From contig OY760136.1 in assembly GCA_963663195.1 (NCBI GenBank), positions 1,982,300 to 2,046,299 of the forward strand: a stretch of DNA of 64,000 bases, read 5' to 3'. The position numbers and the translations under genes were made by a program. The DNA is from Vicinamibacterales bacterium. GTDB lineage: Bacteria > Acidobacteriota > Vicinamibacteria > Vicinamibacterales > UBA8438. Positions 51,760 to 60,398 of the stretch are shown here, one piece after another; the stretch's first letter is position 1, and each line of letters starts with the position of its first letter. Below the pieces are notes generated by a model. It made no database searches and was not told where the DNA came from. It saw only the letters and a program-made list of their open reading frames with translations.

Positions 51760-52031
51760 CTTAGCCCGCATTTCTCACCAACCTTCTGCTGCGGACGCCG
51801 ATCCGCTCGCCGTGGCGGGCCGTACTCCCTCACGCCGCTTCGACGTAGTTACGACTACGCCTGCAGCGGCATTTGCTAGATGGGGCTGCGCCCCAAACCC
51901 CCGCCAGCCACTCGCGGGGACCCCGTCGCCCCACTCCGTGGCCGGCGGGCCGCGCCGGGCGCGGCTGTCGTTCGATGCGTCCCGGCGCCTCGACGCCCTC
52001 GCGACGAACGCTGGTGAGAAATGCGGGTTAG
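51760..52031. mobile_element. MITE-like element, family 2, with TTAG direct repeats and nested cassette A
   Basis: TTAG-CCCGCATTTCTCACCA.....TGGTGAGAAATGCGGG-TTAG: a 16-bp perfect terminal inverted repeat flanked by the same tetranucleotide on both sides. The interior matches 29965-30148 plus a cassette of about 90 bp. Confidence 0.8.
51877..51966 (+). repeat. Cassette A (GC-rich nested module)
   Basis: TAGATGGGGCTGCGCCCCAAACCCCCGCCAGCCACTCGCGGGGACCCCGTCGCCCCACTCCGTGGCCGGCGGGCCGCGCCGGGCGCGGC. It is absent from the otherwise collinear copy at 29965-30148. Confidence 0.75.
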
Positions 52032-52046
52032 GTTTACCCTTCCACG

Positions 52047-53822
52047 ATGCCAATCGCCAGGGGTGTTGCACGCGCATGGTCGGATGAGCCGGTGATTCGC
52101 CGGCGTCGGCTGCTGGCGGTGGTGGCGGCGGCAGTCGTCATACCCCTGGCGCTTGCGGTCGGACCGGCGCTGGTCTGGCGCTCGCCGCCGCTCGACGGCG
52201 ACCCGCCGCGCGACGGACTGACGCGTGTCGCGGGCGCGCTCCATGTGCACACCACGCTCTCGGACGGTACGGGCAGCCCCGAACACGTGGTGCAGGCGGG
52301 CCGCGAAGCCGGACTGGCGTTCCTCGTCATCACCGACCACAACACCAATCGAGCCGCCCGCTCGCTCGAGGGGTATTCGGGCGAGACGCTGGTACTGGTA
52401 GGCGCGGAGCTCTCGACGCACCGGGGACATCTCCTCGGCCTCGGGATGCGGCCATCCACGTTCCCCTTTGCCCCGGACGCCCCGGACGCGCTGGACGACA
52501 TTCGTTATCTGGGCGGCGCGGCGTTTGCAGCCCATCCTGTCAGCCCGCGCGACGAGCTCGCGTGGAAGGACTGGGAGCTCAAGGGACCCTGGGGGCTGGA
52601 GATTCTCAACATGGACAGTCTGTGGCGGCGGGCGTCGTGGCCCGCGCTGGTCCGCGGACTGGTTTCCTATCCGTTCGACCCCGTCTACGCCCTGGCGAGG
52701 GGTCTTGAGCGGCCGGCTGCCGCGCTGGCGCGTTGGGACACGTTGCTCGCCCGCCGCGACGTCGCCGGACTTGCCGGCGTAGATGCGCACGGCAGTCTCA
52801 TCGGGCGGCATGAATATTTGCCCGAGCTCCCGTCGTACAGCAGTCTGTTCCGCGTGCTCCGCACCTATGTCGTGCTCGATGCCCCACTGACGCAAAATGC
52901 CGTGCGGGACGCTCGCGCCGTGCGCGCCGCCCTGGCGCAGGGCCGCTCCTACATGGCCATGGAGGCGATCGCGTCGGCCGGCGGATTCTCTTTCCACGCC
53001 GCGCGGGGAGATCGGACCTGGGGTATGGGAGACACGGTTGCGCCCGCGCCGGATCTGCTGTTGCGCGCCGGCGGCCGCCTGCCGCGGGGAGCGCGCATCG
53101 AGCTCTACCGCGACGGCAAGCGCGTTGCAGAAGGGGATGGCGCGCTGGAGTATCCGGCCCGCATTCCGGGCGCCTACCGTATCGAGACCTATGTGGCGGG
53201 ATGGGATGTTCCCTGGGTGCTGTCCAACCCGATCTACGTCCATGGAGCCGCCGAGGCTGCGGCCCGGGCGCGCCGCGCCGCGTGGCCGGCCGCCGCCCCC
53301 CCGCCGGTTCCCGCGCGGACCCTGGACGCATTCGAGAAAGGGTCGGGGCTCGCGCCGGAAGCGGACGCGGGAACGTGGGTCGATCCCGAGGTGCGGGTGT
53401 CCAGCGAGCGCGTCCCCGGCGCCGCCGCCGCTCGACTCCACTTTCGTTTCGCGGCGCCGCGGCAGGATCATGCCACCGTCTGGGGCGCGCTCGTCGATAG
53501 GACCCACCGGGACTTGTCGGGCGATTCCGGACTCCTCTTCGACATCAAGGCGGACGGCGTGTACCGCGTTCGGGTCGGGCTGTGGGAGCAGCGACCGGGT
53601 CAGGCCGGCGGTGAACCGGACTGGTGGCTGTCGACCGTCAGAACGTCCACCGCGTGGCGCCGCGTGGCGCTTCCCTTCGAGCGCCTGCATCCCGCCGCCA
53701 ACAACGTTGACGGCACGCTCGACCTGCGGCGCGTCGTGGGGCTCGTGTTCCATATCGACCCCGCCACGGACGAGTTCGCCTCCGAAGGGAAAATCTGGTT
53801 CGATGGACTGGGCGCCTTCTGA
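52047..53822 (+). CDS. Membrane-anchored PHP-domain metallophosphoesterase with a C-terminal beta-sandwich (CBM11/CIA30-like) region
   Basis: TM segment LLAVVAAAVVIPLALAV; PHP motifs HVHTTLSDG and VITDHN. The C-terminal ~170 aa (LLFDIKADGVYRVRVGLWE...LVFHIDP...GKIWFDGLGAF) resemble a carbohydrate-binding-type module by eye. Confidence 0.7.
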   Translation: MPIARGVARAWSDEPVIRRRRLLAVVAAAVVIPLALAVGPALVWRSPPLDGDPPRDGLTRVAGALHVHTTLSDGTGSPEHVVQAGREAGLAFLVITDHNTNRAARSLEGYSGETLVLVGAELSTHRGHLLGLGMRPSTFPFAPDAPDALDDIRYLGGAAFAAHPVSPRDELAWKDWELKGPWGLEILNMDSLWRRASWPALVRGLVSYPFDPVYALARGLERPAAALARWDTLLARRDVAGLAGVDAHGSLIGRHEYLPELPSYSSLFRVLRTYVVLDAPLTQNAVRDARAVRAALAQGRSYMAMEAIASAGGFSFHAARGDRTWGMGDTVAPAPDLLLRAGGRLPRGARIELYRDGKRVAEGDGALEYPARIPGAYRIETYVAGWDVPWVLSNPIYVHGAAEAAARARRAAWPAAAPPPVPARTLDAFEKGSGLAPEADAGTWVDPEVRVSSERVPGAAAARLHFRFAAPRQDHATVWGALVDRTHRDLSGDSGLLFDIKADGVYRVRVGLWEQRPGQAGGEPDWWLSTVRTSTAWRRVALPFERLHPAANNVDGTLDLRRVVGLVFHIDPATDEFASEGKIWFDGLGAF

Positions 53823-53846
53823 GCCGGCGGCCGTATCGGGTGGGGG

Positions 53847-54986
53847 ATGGGCGTGAGAATAGGGCTCGACGGCAAGCTGCTGTCGCTGCGCGCCGGCGGC
53901 ATCGGGCGCTACGCCATCAACCTGACGCGGGCGATGCTCGCGGCGGCTCCCGCGCACAATCGCGACCTGGAATTCATCGTATTCACCGGTCCGCAGACGT
54001 CCCGCCGCGTCATGGAGGAGTTGCGCGGTCGTTGCGATGAACATTTCCTGAACGCCAGGAGCAGCGTGCTCCGATCGCTGGCGTTGATCCCGGCGGCGCT
54101 CCGCCGCATGCGCATCGACGTCTTTCACGGCATGGACCACGTCGGCATCCCGTTCGTCGGCGGAACGGGCAAGTACGTGGTCACGGTGCACGACGTAATC
54201 CCGCTCATTCTGCCGCATACGTTCACCCCCCGGCACCGCGCCATCGTCAGGCTGGCGCTGGCCCGTGTGCGGCGGAAGGCCGATCTGATCATCGTGCCGT
54301 CGCAGGCCGTTGAACGCGACGTCGTGGAACGCCTGGGCGTCCGCGAGGACCGCGTGGCGATCGTCGCCCACGGTTGCGAGCCGCGCTTCCAGCCAACGGC
54401 GGACGGGCCGGCGCAACGCGCCGCGGCCGCCAGGTACGGCCTGCCGCCGCGGTATGTGCTGGCCGTGGGCACGCTGGAGCCGCGCAAGAACCTGATCACT
54501 CTGCTGCGGGCGTACGCGCGTTTGCGGGCCGCTGCAGGCGACCGGCCGCCGGGGCTCGTGCTCGCCGGCGCGCGCGGGTGGCTCGACAGTCCCATCTATC
54601 AGACCGTCCGGTCGCTGGGCCTGGACGAGGTCGTCCGCGTCCCGGGCTTCATCGACGACGACGACCTGCCCGCCGTGTACCGCGGGGCCGAGATGCTTGC
54701 GTTTCCCTCATTGCGCGAGGGCTTCGGTTTGCCGCTGCTCGAGGCCATGGCGTGCGGCGTTCCGGTCGTTGCTTCGAATACCTCGGCCCTGCCCGAGGTG
54801 GCGGGCGATGCGGCGTTGCTTGTCGACCCCCACGATGTCGATGCGCTGGCAGCGGCGATCGGACGGGTGCTGCGCGACGAGGCGTTGCGCCGGCGCCTGC
54901 GGCTCGCCGGTATCGCCCGCGCCGGTCAGTTCTCGTGGGAGAAGGCTGCGCGACAAACGTTGGACGCGTACGCCGCGCTCGGCTAG
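53847..54986 (+). CDS. Family-4 (GT-B) glycosyltransferase
   Basis: RIGLDGKLLSLRAGGIGRYAINL; C-terminal EGFGLPLLEAMACGVPVVASNTSALPEV. Confidence 0.85.
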   Translation: MGVRIGLDGKLLSLRAGGIGRYAINLTRAMLAAAPAHNRDLEFIVFTGPQTSRRVMEELRGRCDEHFLNARSSVLRSLALIPAALRRMRIDVFHGMDHVGIPFVGGTGKYVVTVHDVIPLILPHTFTPRHRAIVRLALARVRRKADLIIVPSQAVERDVVERLGVREDRVAIVAHGCEPRFQPTADGPAQRAAAARYGLPPRYVLAVGTLEPRKNLITLLRAYARLRAAAGDRPPGLVLAGARGWLDSPIYQTVRSLGLDEVVRVPGFIDDDDLPAVYRGAEMLAFPSLREGFGLPLLEAMACGVPVVASNTSALPEVAGDAALLVDPHDVDALAAAIGRVLRDEALRRRLRLAGIARAGQFSWEKAARQTLDAYAALG

Positions 54987-54994
54987 GGACCCCT

Positions 54995-57364
54995 TCAGCG
55001 ATTATTCAGGCCGGACCCTTGGCCCAGGCCGAAGGCGCCGAGGACATTGGCGAAGGTTCCCAGCCCGGCGAGTGTGAACGACAGGTGAAATCGGCGGTCC
55101 TGCGGCACGCGCGCACGGCTGCCGAGTCCCTGGAAGTTGAAAACCTCATATTCGCCGCTTATGCCGCAGCACTGGGCGTTGTAGTAGACCAGCGCCCGCT
55201 GCTGCAGGTAACGCTTGCGCTGAACGTCGTAGTGGAACGAGTAAGCCATCCCGACGTTGTTGCTCGGGGTGCGAAAGCTGGTGCTCAGGTTGAGGTAGTG
55301 GTCGAGCCGGTCGGGGTTGTCGAATCCGCTGAGGCCCGCCACGAACCGGCGCTGGCTCCAGCCGGCCTCCGTGTGGACCCATCCCCGGAAGCCGTAGGAC
55401 CCCTGCGCGCTGATAGTGCGGATCGCCCCGAACTGCGTGTCGTACTCGGTGCGGAACGATCCGCCTAGGGTTTCGGTCAGGTCGGCGCGCGCGATCAGCG
55501 ACAGCGGCGAGAAGTTGCTCGGCGGCGTGCGGTTGAAGCTGGTTCTGAAGCGCCGGTCGTACTGTGCGGCGCGGGCGTCGGTATAGTAGCTCTGCGTCAG
55601 TTGGACGCTGAGGATCTCCCGCGCGAGCCCGTTCCCGTCCGGGTGCGGCTCCTTGACGTACAGCCGGTTGTTGAGGCCGTAGCGCAACTGCGTGACGTTG
55701 CCGAGCACCGAGTCGGTGCCCTCGAGCTGCACGATGCGGTCGAAGTTGTCCACCGCCGTTACCCGTTGCAGCGAGACCCACGGCTCGATCACGTGCTTCA
55801 TGCGCTCGGAGAAGGTGCTGTTGGGCGTATCCCACACCTTGACCAGGCTTGGGCCGGTGATCTCCGACTGAAACTCGAAGTACCCGCGGCTGATCCCGTC
55901 GTTGACCTGCATGCCGAAGTCCTCGCCCGTGCCGAGGCTCTCGGTCCAGAAGGTGCCGCGCCAGGCGACCGACGAATCGATGATCAGGAACGGCCAGCGG
56001 GTGAACGGTATCTGCACGATTGGGGCGAATTCGAAGCGGTTGAGACCCGAGTCGGTGGTCTGCACGATTTCTTCCCGGCTGCCGTCGCTTGCCTGGCTGA
56101 AGCGCTTGACCTGTGATCGCTGGAGCAGGTGTCCGAATTCCGACTGGAAGGAGAAGTAGAACGGGGTGAACGGCAGCTCGCGCTGGCTCTGGTCGAACTT
56201 GATGCGCGGCCCGGCGCCGTGGAGCGTCGACTGGCGGTCGCCGAAGAATGTCTCGTTCATGTCGTACGTGCCGCTCACCTGGTACAGGCCCCAGTTGCCG
56301 GTGACGTTGCCGCTCATGTTGCGCCGGCTGTTGGAGGCGTCGTAGATGTTGCTCTGATACTGCTGCTGGACGGTCACGTCGGAAAAATAGTTGACCTGGC
56401 CGCGGGCGTTGATGTTGTCCGTGATGCCGTAGCGGGCTTCTCCCCGTAACTCATAGCTGCGGCGCTCGGGGTATTCGCGCTCGATTCCGTTGAACGTCTC
56501 GGTCAGGGCGTTTTCCTGCAGGAAGTACGTTCTGAGCTGCCCCTCGGATCCCTGCCCCAGCACGTAGCGGTACTCGGCGCCGGTGCCCTGGCCGGTCTGC
56601 GTGAACCAGTCGTGGTAGAACGTCGCGTCGTGGCTCCGGTTGACGGCCCAGAAGAACGCATTGCTGAGGCTCGATCCATGCACCGTGGACGCGCCGTAGG
56701 TGGGCATCAGGAAACCGGTCGCGCGATCGTCGTCCTGGACCGGGAAGTACATCGCCGGCAGATAGAACAGCGGCACCCCCTTGATCTTGAGCACAGAGTT
56801 GCGTAGCAGGGCGTACGATTCCAGGTTGAGCGTGATGGAGCTGGCCGTCATCTGCCAGCGGGGTGTCGGCTGCAGGCAGCTGGTGAAGCCGCCCTTGGTC
56901 AGGCGGTAGGTGCGCGGCCCGAGCTTCTCGATGGTCTCGCCGTAGAACTGCATGTCCGGCTCGTGATTGCCGAACATGCTGCGCTCGACCTCCCCGTCGC
57001 CGAGGGTCACCGCCGCGGTCGCTTCATAGAACGTTGCCGTGAGCGCCTCCGTATCGAACTCCACCCGCTCGGCGGCCACGCGTCCACCGTCGCCGACGTA
57101 GACGACGTTGCCCTCCGCCACCAGCCGCGTCTCGTTCGGGTACAAGTCGACCCGGTCGGCAAAGAACTGGTAGCCGTCGCCGTCGATCTCCACCTCGCCG
57201 ACCAGGCGGAAATGGTCGTCGCCCACCTGCTCGATGCGAAATTGCCGCGAGTCGAAGTTGAATCCGGGCAGCAGTTGCGCGTGGGCGCCGCCGGCGGCCG
57301 CAACGACCAGCAGGCACGCCGCGGCGCAGCGGGGCAGCGGACGCAACTGGTGTGACAGGGTCAT
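54995..57364 (-). CDS. lptD: LPS-assembly outer-membrane protein LptD
   Basis: Signal peptide. OstA-like N-terminal domain (FRLVGEVEIDGDGYQFFADRVDLYPNETRLVAEGNVVY). Large C-terminal beta-barrel rich in Y/F/G/N. ATG 57364 preferred over TTG 57370. Confidence 0.88.
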   Translation of the reverse strand: MTLSHQLRPLPRCAAACLLVVAAAGGAHAQLLPGFNFDSRQFRIEQVGDDHFRLVGEVEIDGDGYQFFADRVDLYPNETRLVAEGNVVYVGDGGRVAAERVEFDTEALTATFYEATAAVTLGDGEVERSMFGNHEPDMQFYGETIEKLGPRTYRLTKGGFTSCLQPTPRWQMTASSITLNLESYALLRNSVLKIKGVPLFYLPAMYFPVQDDDRATGFLMPTYGASTVHGSSLSNAFFWAVNRSHDATFYHDWFTQTGQGTGAEYRYVLGQGSEGQLRTYFLQENALTETFNGIEREYPERRSYELRGEARYGITDNINARGQVNYFSDVTVQQQYQSNIYDASNSRRNMSGNVTGNWGLYQVSGTYDMNETFFGDRQSTLHGAGPRIKFDQSQRELPFTPFYFSFQSEFGHLLQRSQVKRFSQASDGSREEIVQTTDSGLNRFEFAPIVQIPFTRWPFLIIDSSVAWRGTFWTESLGTGEDFGMQVNDGISRGYFEFQSEITGPSLVKVWDTPNSTFSERMKHVIEPWVSLQRVTAVDNFDRIVQLEGTDSVLGNVTQLRYGLNNRLYVKEPHPDGNGLAREILSVQLTQSYYTDARAAQYDRRFRTSFNRTPPSNFSPLSLIARADLTETLGGSFRTEYDTQFGAIRTISAQGSYGFRGWVHTEAGWSQRRFVAGLSGFDNPDRLDHYLNLSTSFRTPSNNVGMAYSFHYDVQRKRYLQQRALVYYNAQCCGISGEYEVFNFQGLGSRARVPQDRRFHLSFTLAGLGTFANVLGAFGLGQGSGLNNR

Positions 57365-57370
57365 CAGCAA

Positions 57371-58672
57371 TTACGCCGGCAGCGCCAGGCTGGTCATGAT
57401 CTCGCCGACCAGATACGTGGAGCCTGCCGCACCGATGACGTCGCCGAGGCGCCAGGCAGCTTCGAGCGCCGCCGCGGGCGTGGGCGCCGCGACCGCCGCC
57501 AGGTCCGGCCGCACCGACCTGACTTCGGCCAACAGCGCCGCGGGCGGCAGCGCGCGCGGGCTGGCCAGCGGGGGGCAGACGACGGCGGTAGCCGCCGATC
57601 CCAGCGCTTGCAGCATGCCGCGGACGTCCTTGTCGCGCAGCGCCGCGAACACGAGCGGCACGCCGTCCGGCCACACCTCCCGCACGTACTCGGCGAACGC
57701 CGTGACCGCGGCTACGTTGTGTGCCGTATCCAGGACCAGCGACCGGCGTTCGTCGACGGTCACCACGTCAAGCCGACCGGCCACGCGGACGCGGGTGAGC
57801 CCCTCGAGAATGGCTTCCGGGGGTACCGGCAGCCCGTGGTCGCCCAGTGCTTCCAGCAGGCGCACCGCGACCGCCGCGTTGCGCGCCTGGTGCCGGCCGC
57901 GCAGACCCAGGCGCAGCGGTCCGTAGCGCCGCAGGCGCGTGGTCAGCGTCAGATCCGTCCATCCACCGCGCACGTCGGTGCGCATCTCGACATCGCGCGG
58001 CGCCTCGATCAACCGGCTGCCACGCTCCATGCAGGCGCGCCGCAGCACGTCCAGGGCCGGCGGCTTCGACTCGCCGGTGACCACTACCGCGCCGGGCTTG
58101 ATCACGCCCGCTTTCTCGTAGGCGATTTCGGGCAGCGTCTCGCCGAGGTACTGCTGATGGTCGAGATCTACCGACGGGATCGCCGCCGCGACCGGCGTGA
58201 CCACGTTGGTGGCGTCGAAGCGTCCGCCCATACCGACTTCGAGCACCGTCGCATCGACACCTGCGCGGGCGAACAGGGACAGAGCGATAGCGGTGGTGGT
58301 TTCGAAGAACGTCGGCGGGGCCGCCAAGCGGCCGGCATCGAGCAGCGACTCGATGGTCACCCGCAGTCGGTCGGCCTCCGCCGCCAGCGCCGCGCGGGTG
58401 ACCGGACGGCCGCCGACGGCAAACCTCTCCTCGAGCGCCACGAGGTGCGGAGAACAGAAACGCCCGGTCCCGTAGCCGGCCGCGCGCAGGGCGGCGTCGA
58501 CCATCGCCGCAACGGAGCCCTTGCCGTTCGTGCCGGCGACGATGATCGACTTGAACGATCGATCAGGATATCCAAGCGCTTCGCGGAGCAGGCGGATGTT
58601 ATCGAGTCCAAGCTTGACGCCGAAGCGCTCCAGATCGAACAGGAAGTCGATGGATTCCTGTGTGGCGCTCAT
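57371..58672 (-). CDS. folC: Bifunctional folylpolyglutamate synthase / dihydrofolate synthase FolC
   Basis: ATG 58672 (MSATQESIDFLF). P-loop VAGTNGKGSVAAM. Mur-ligase fold. The upstream part of ORF 57371-59548 lies inside accD. Confidence 0.9.
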   Translation of the reverse strand: MSATQESIDFLFDLERFGVKLGLDNIRLLREALGYPDRSFKSIIVAGTNGKGSVAAMVDAALRAAGYGTGRFCSPHLVALEERFAVGGRPVTRAALAAEADRLRVTIESLLDAGRLAAPPTFFETTTAIALSLFARAGVDATVLEVGMGGRFDATNVVTPVAAAIPSVDLDHQQYLGETLPEIAYEKAGVIKPGAVVVTGESKPPALDVLRRACMERGSRLIEAPRDVEMRTDVRGGWTDLTLTTRLRRYGPLRLGLRGRHQARNAAVAVRLLEALGDHGLPVPPEAILEGLTRVRVAGRLDVVTVDERRSLVLDTAHNVAAVTAFAEYVREVWPDGVPLVFAALRDKDVRGMLQALGSAATAVVCPPLASPRALPPAALLAEVRSVRPDLAAVAAPTPAAALEAAWRLGDVIGAAGSTYLVGEIMTSLALPA

Positions 58673-58722
58673 GAAAGGGGAAATCGAGGCGCCTCGCGGG
58701 ATTTCGCCACGGGCTCCTCGCA

Positions 58723-59619
58723 CTAGCGGGCGGACTCGACCTCCAGCGGCGCGCGTTCCGCCGCTGTCGCCGCCGGTGTCGCGGCCATGAAGCGGATGGA
58801 GCGTGCTAGCGTGGGGCGCAGCTGCCGGCGGTCGACCACCATGTCCAGCATCCCGTGCTGCAGCAGAAACTCGCTGCGCTGGAACCCGGCCGGCAGCCGC
58901 TGGCGGATGGTCTGCTCGATCACCCGCGGACCGGCGAAGCCGATCAACGCGCCAGGCTCCGCGATGTGCAGATCGCCGAGCATCGCGAAGCTGGCGGTCA
59001 CGCCGCCGGTCGTCGGATCCGTGAGCACGGCGATATAGGGCAGCCGCGCGCGGTCGAGCCGCGCGAGGGCCGCGCTGATCTTGGCCATCTGCATCAGCGA
59101 CAGCACCCCCTCCATCATGCGGGCGCCGCCGGAGCAGCAGACGACGATCAGCGGAATCCTGCGCTGCTGCGCACGCTCCGCGGCGCGCGTGATTATCTCG
59201 CCAACCACCACGCCCATGCTGCCGCCGATGAAGCCGTACTCCATGCTGACAACCGCCACCTCGATCCCTTCGATGCGGCCCACGGCCGAGATGGCCGCGT
59301 CCCGCAGCCCGGTTGCGGTCGCGCCGGCCGCCAGGCGATCCCGGTACTGCTTCTTGTCCTCGAACCGCAACGGGTCGGTCGATTCCAGGTTGCGGTCGAA
59401 TTCCGCCCAGGCGCCGTCGTCGAGCAGCGCGGCCAGACGCTGCGACGCGCTCATCCGGAAATGGTGCGAACATGAGCCGCATACACGCAGGTTCTTCACC
59501 AGGTCCTTTTCGTACAGCACCTGGCTGCACGAGGGACACTTGACCCACAGCCCTTCGGGCACGCGGCTCGGCTCGGCCGGTGTCGCAATTGGCCGGCGAG
59601 CCTTCTTGAACCAGCTCAT
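58723..59619 (-). CDS. accD: Acetyl-CoA carboxylase carboxyltransferase beta subunit AccD
   Basis: MSWFKK...; zinc ribbon CPSCSQVLYEKDLVKNLRVCGSCSHH; GGSMG and GGARMMEG motifs. Confidence 0.95.
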   Translation of the reverse strand: MSWFKKARRPIATPAEPSRVPEGLWVKCPSCSQVLYEKDLVKNLRVCGSCSHHFRMSASQRLAALLDDGAWAEFDRNLESTDPLRFEDKKQYRDRLAAGATATGLRDAAISAVGRIEGIEVAVVSMEYGFIGGSMGVVVGEIITRAAERAQQRRIPLIVVCCSGGARMMEGVLSLMQMAKISAALARLDRARLPYIAVLTDPTTGGVTASFAMLGDLHIAEPGALIGFAGPRVIEQTIRQRLPAGFQRSEFLLQHGMLDMVVDRRQLRPTLARSIRFMAATPAATAAERAPLEVESAR

Positions 59620-59652
59620 CAAGCCGAGCTTAGGTTGTCCGGCGAAGGCGGG

Positions 59653-60306
59653 TCAAGACGGGTTGCGCCCGGTGCGCGGCACGTAATAGCGCGTTCCGCG
59701 GCCCATGTCGCGGAGCTGCCGAATCAGATCGTCCAGGGCGGCTTCGTTCCAGTCGAGCGTGAACTCGGAGGTTTCGACCACCAGCAATGGCGTCGCGTTG
59801 TAGTGAAAGAAGAAGTGGTTGTACGCCTCGTTCAACTCGCCGAGGTACGTGTCGTCCGGCAGCGGCGCGGTGTCGGCGTCCTGCTGCAGCCGCCGGCGTA
59901 CCCGCTGCCGCACGAGGTCCGACGGCGCCTGCAGGTAGACGACAAGATCCGGCGTGACAAGATCCGGCGCAAGCAGGTCGTAGAGCCGCTGATAGATGAA
60001 CAGCTCGTTGTCGTCCAGATTGAGATAGGCATAGATCTTGTCCTTGTCGAACAGGTAGTCGGCGATGACCAGTTGATTGAACAGATCCGTCTGCCGCAGC
60101 ATCGATTGCTGCCGGTGGCGCGCGAGCAGCGAAAACAGTTGCGCCTGGAAAGCCGCGCCCGTGCGGCCGGCGTACAGGTCGCCGACGAACGGATTGTCGG
60201 TCTGGTCGAGGACCGTTGTCGCGTCGAGCCTGAGTGCGAGATGTCGTGCGAGGGTTGTCTTGCCGGCGCCAATCGGACCTTCGATGGCAAGGTACTGAAA
60301 GTCCAA
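59653..60306 (-). CDS. Deoxynucleoside kinase
   Basis: P-loop AIEGPIGAGKTTLARHL; DNPF and ADYLFDKDKIY-type dNK motifs. TTG 60306 gives MDFQYLAIEG. The maximal ORF extends to GTG 60375. Confidence 0.8.
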   Translation of the reverse strand: MDFQYLAIEGPIGAGKTTLARHLALRLDATTVLDQTDNPFVGDLYAGRTGAAFQAQLFSLLARHRQQSMLRQTDLFNQLVIADYLFDKDKIYAYLNLDDNELFIYQRLYDLLAPDLVTPDLVVYLQAPSDLVRQRVRRRLQQDADTAPLPDDTYLGELNEAYNHFFFHYNATPLLVVETSEFTLDWNEAALDDLIRQLRDMGRGTRYYVPRTGRNPS

Positions 60307-60398
60307 GATGCTGCGCAGTATAGCAGTCCGCGGTGGAGCCCGGAGTCGCGCGGAGGCCGCCCGGGATTGCGCCACGGACTGGCGATCCGCATGCTATC

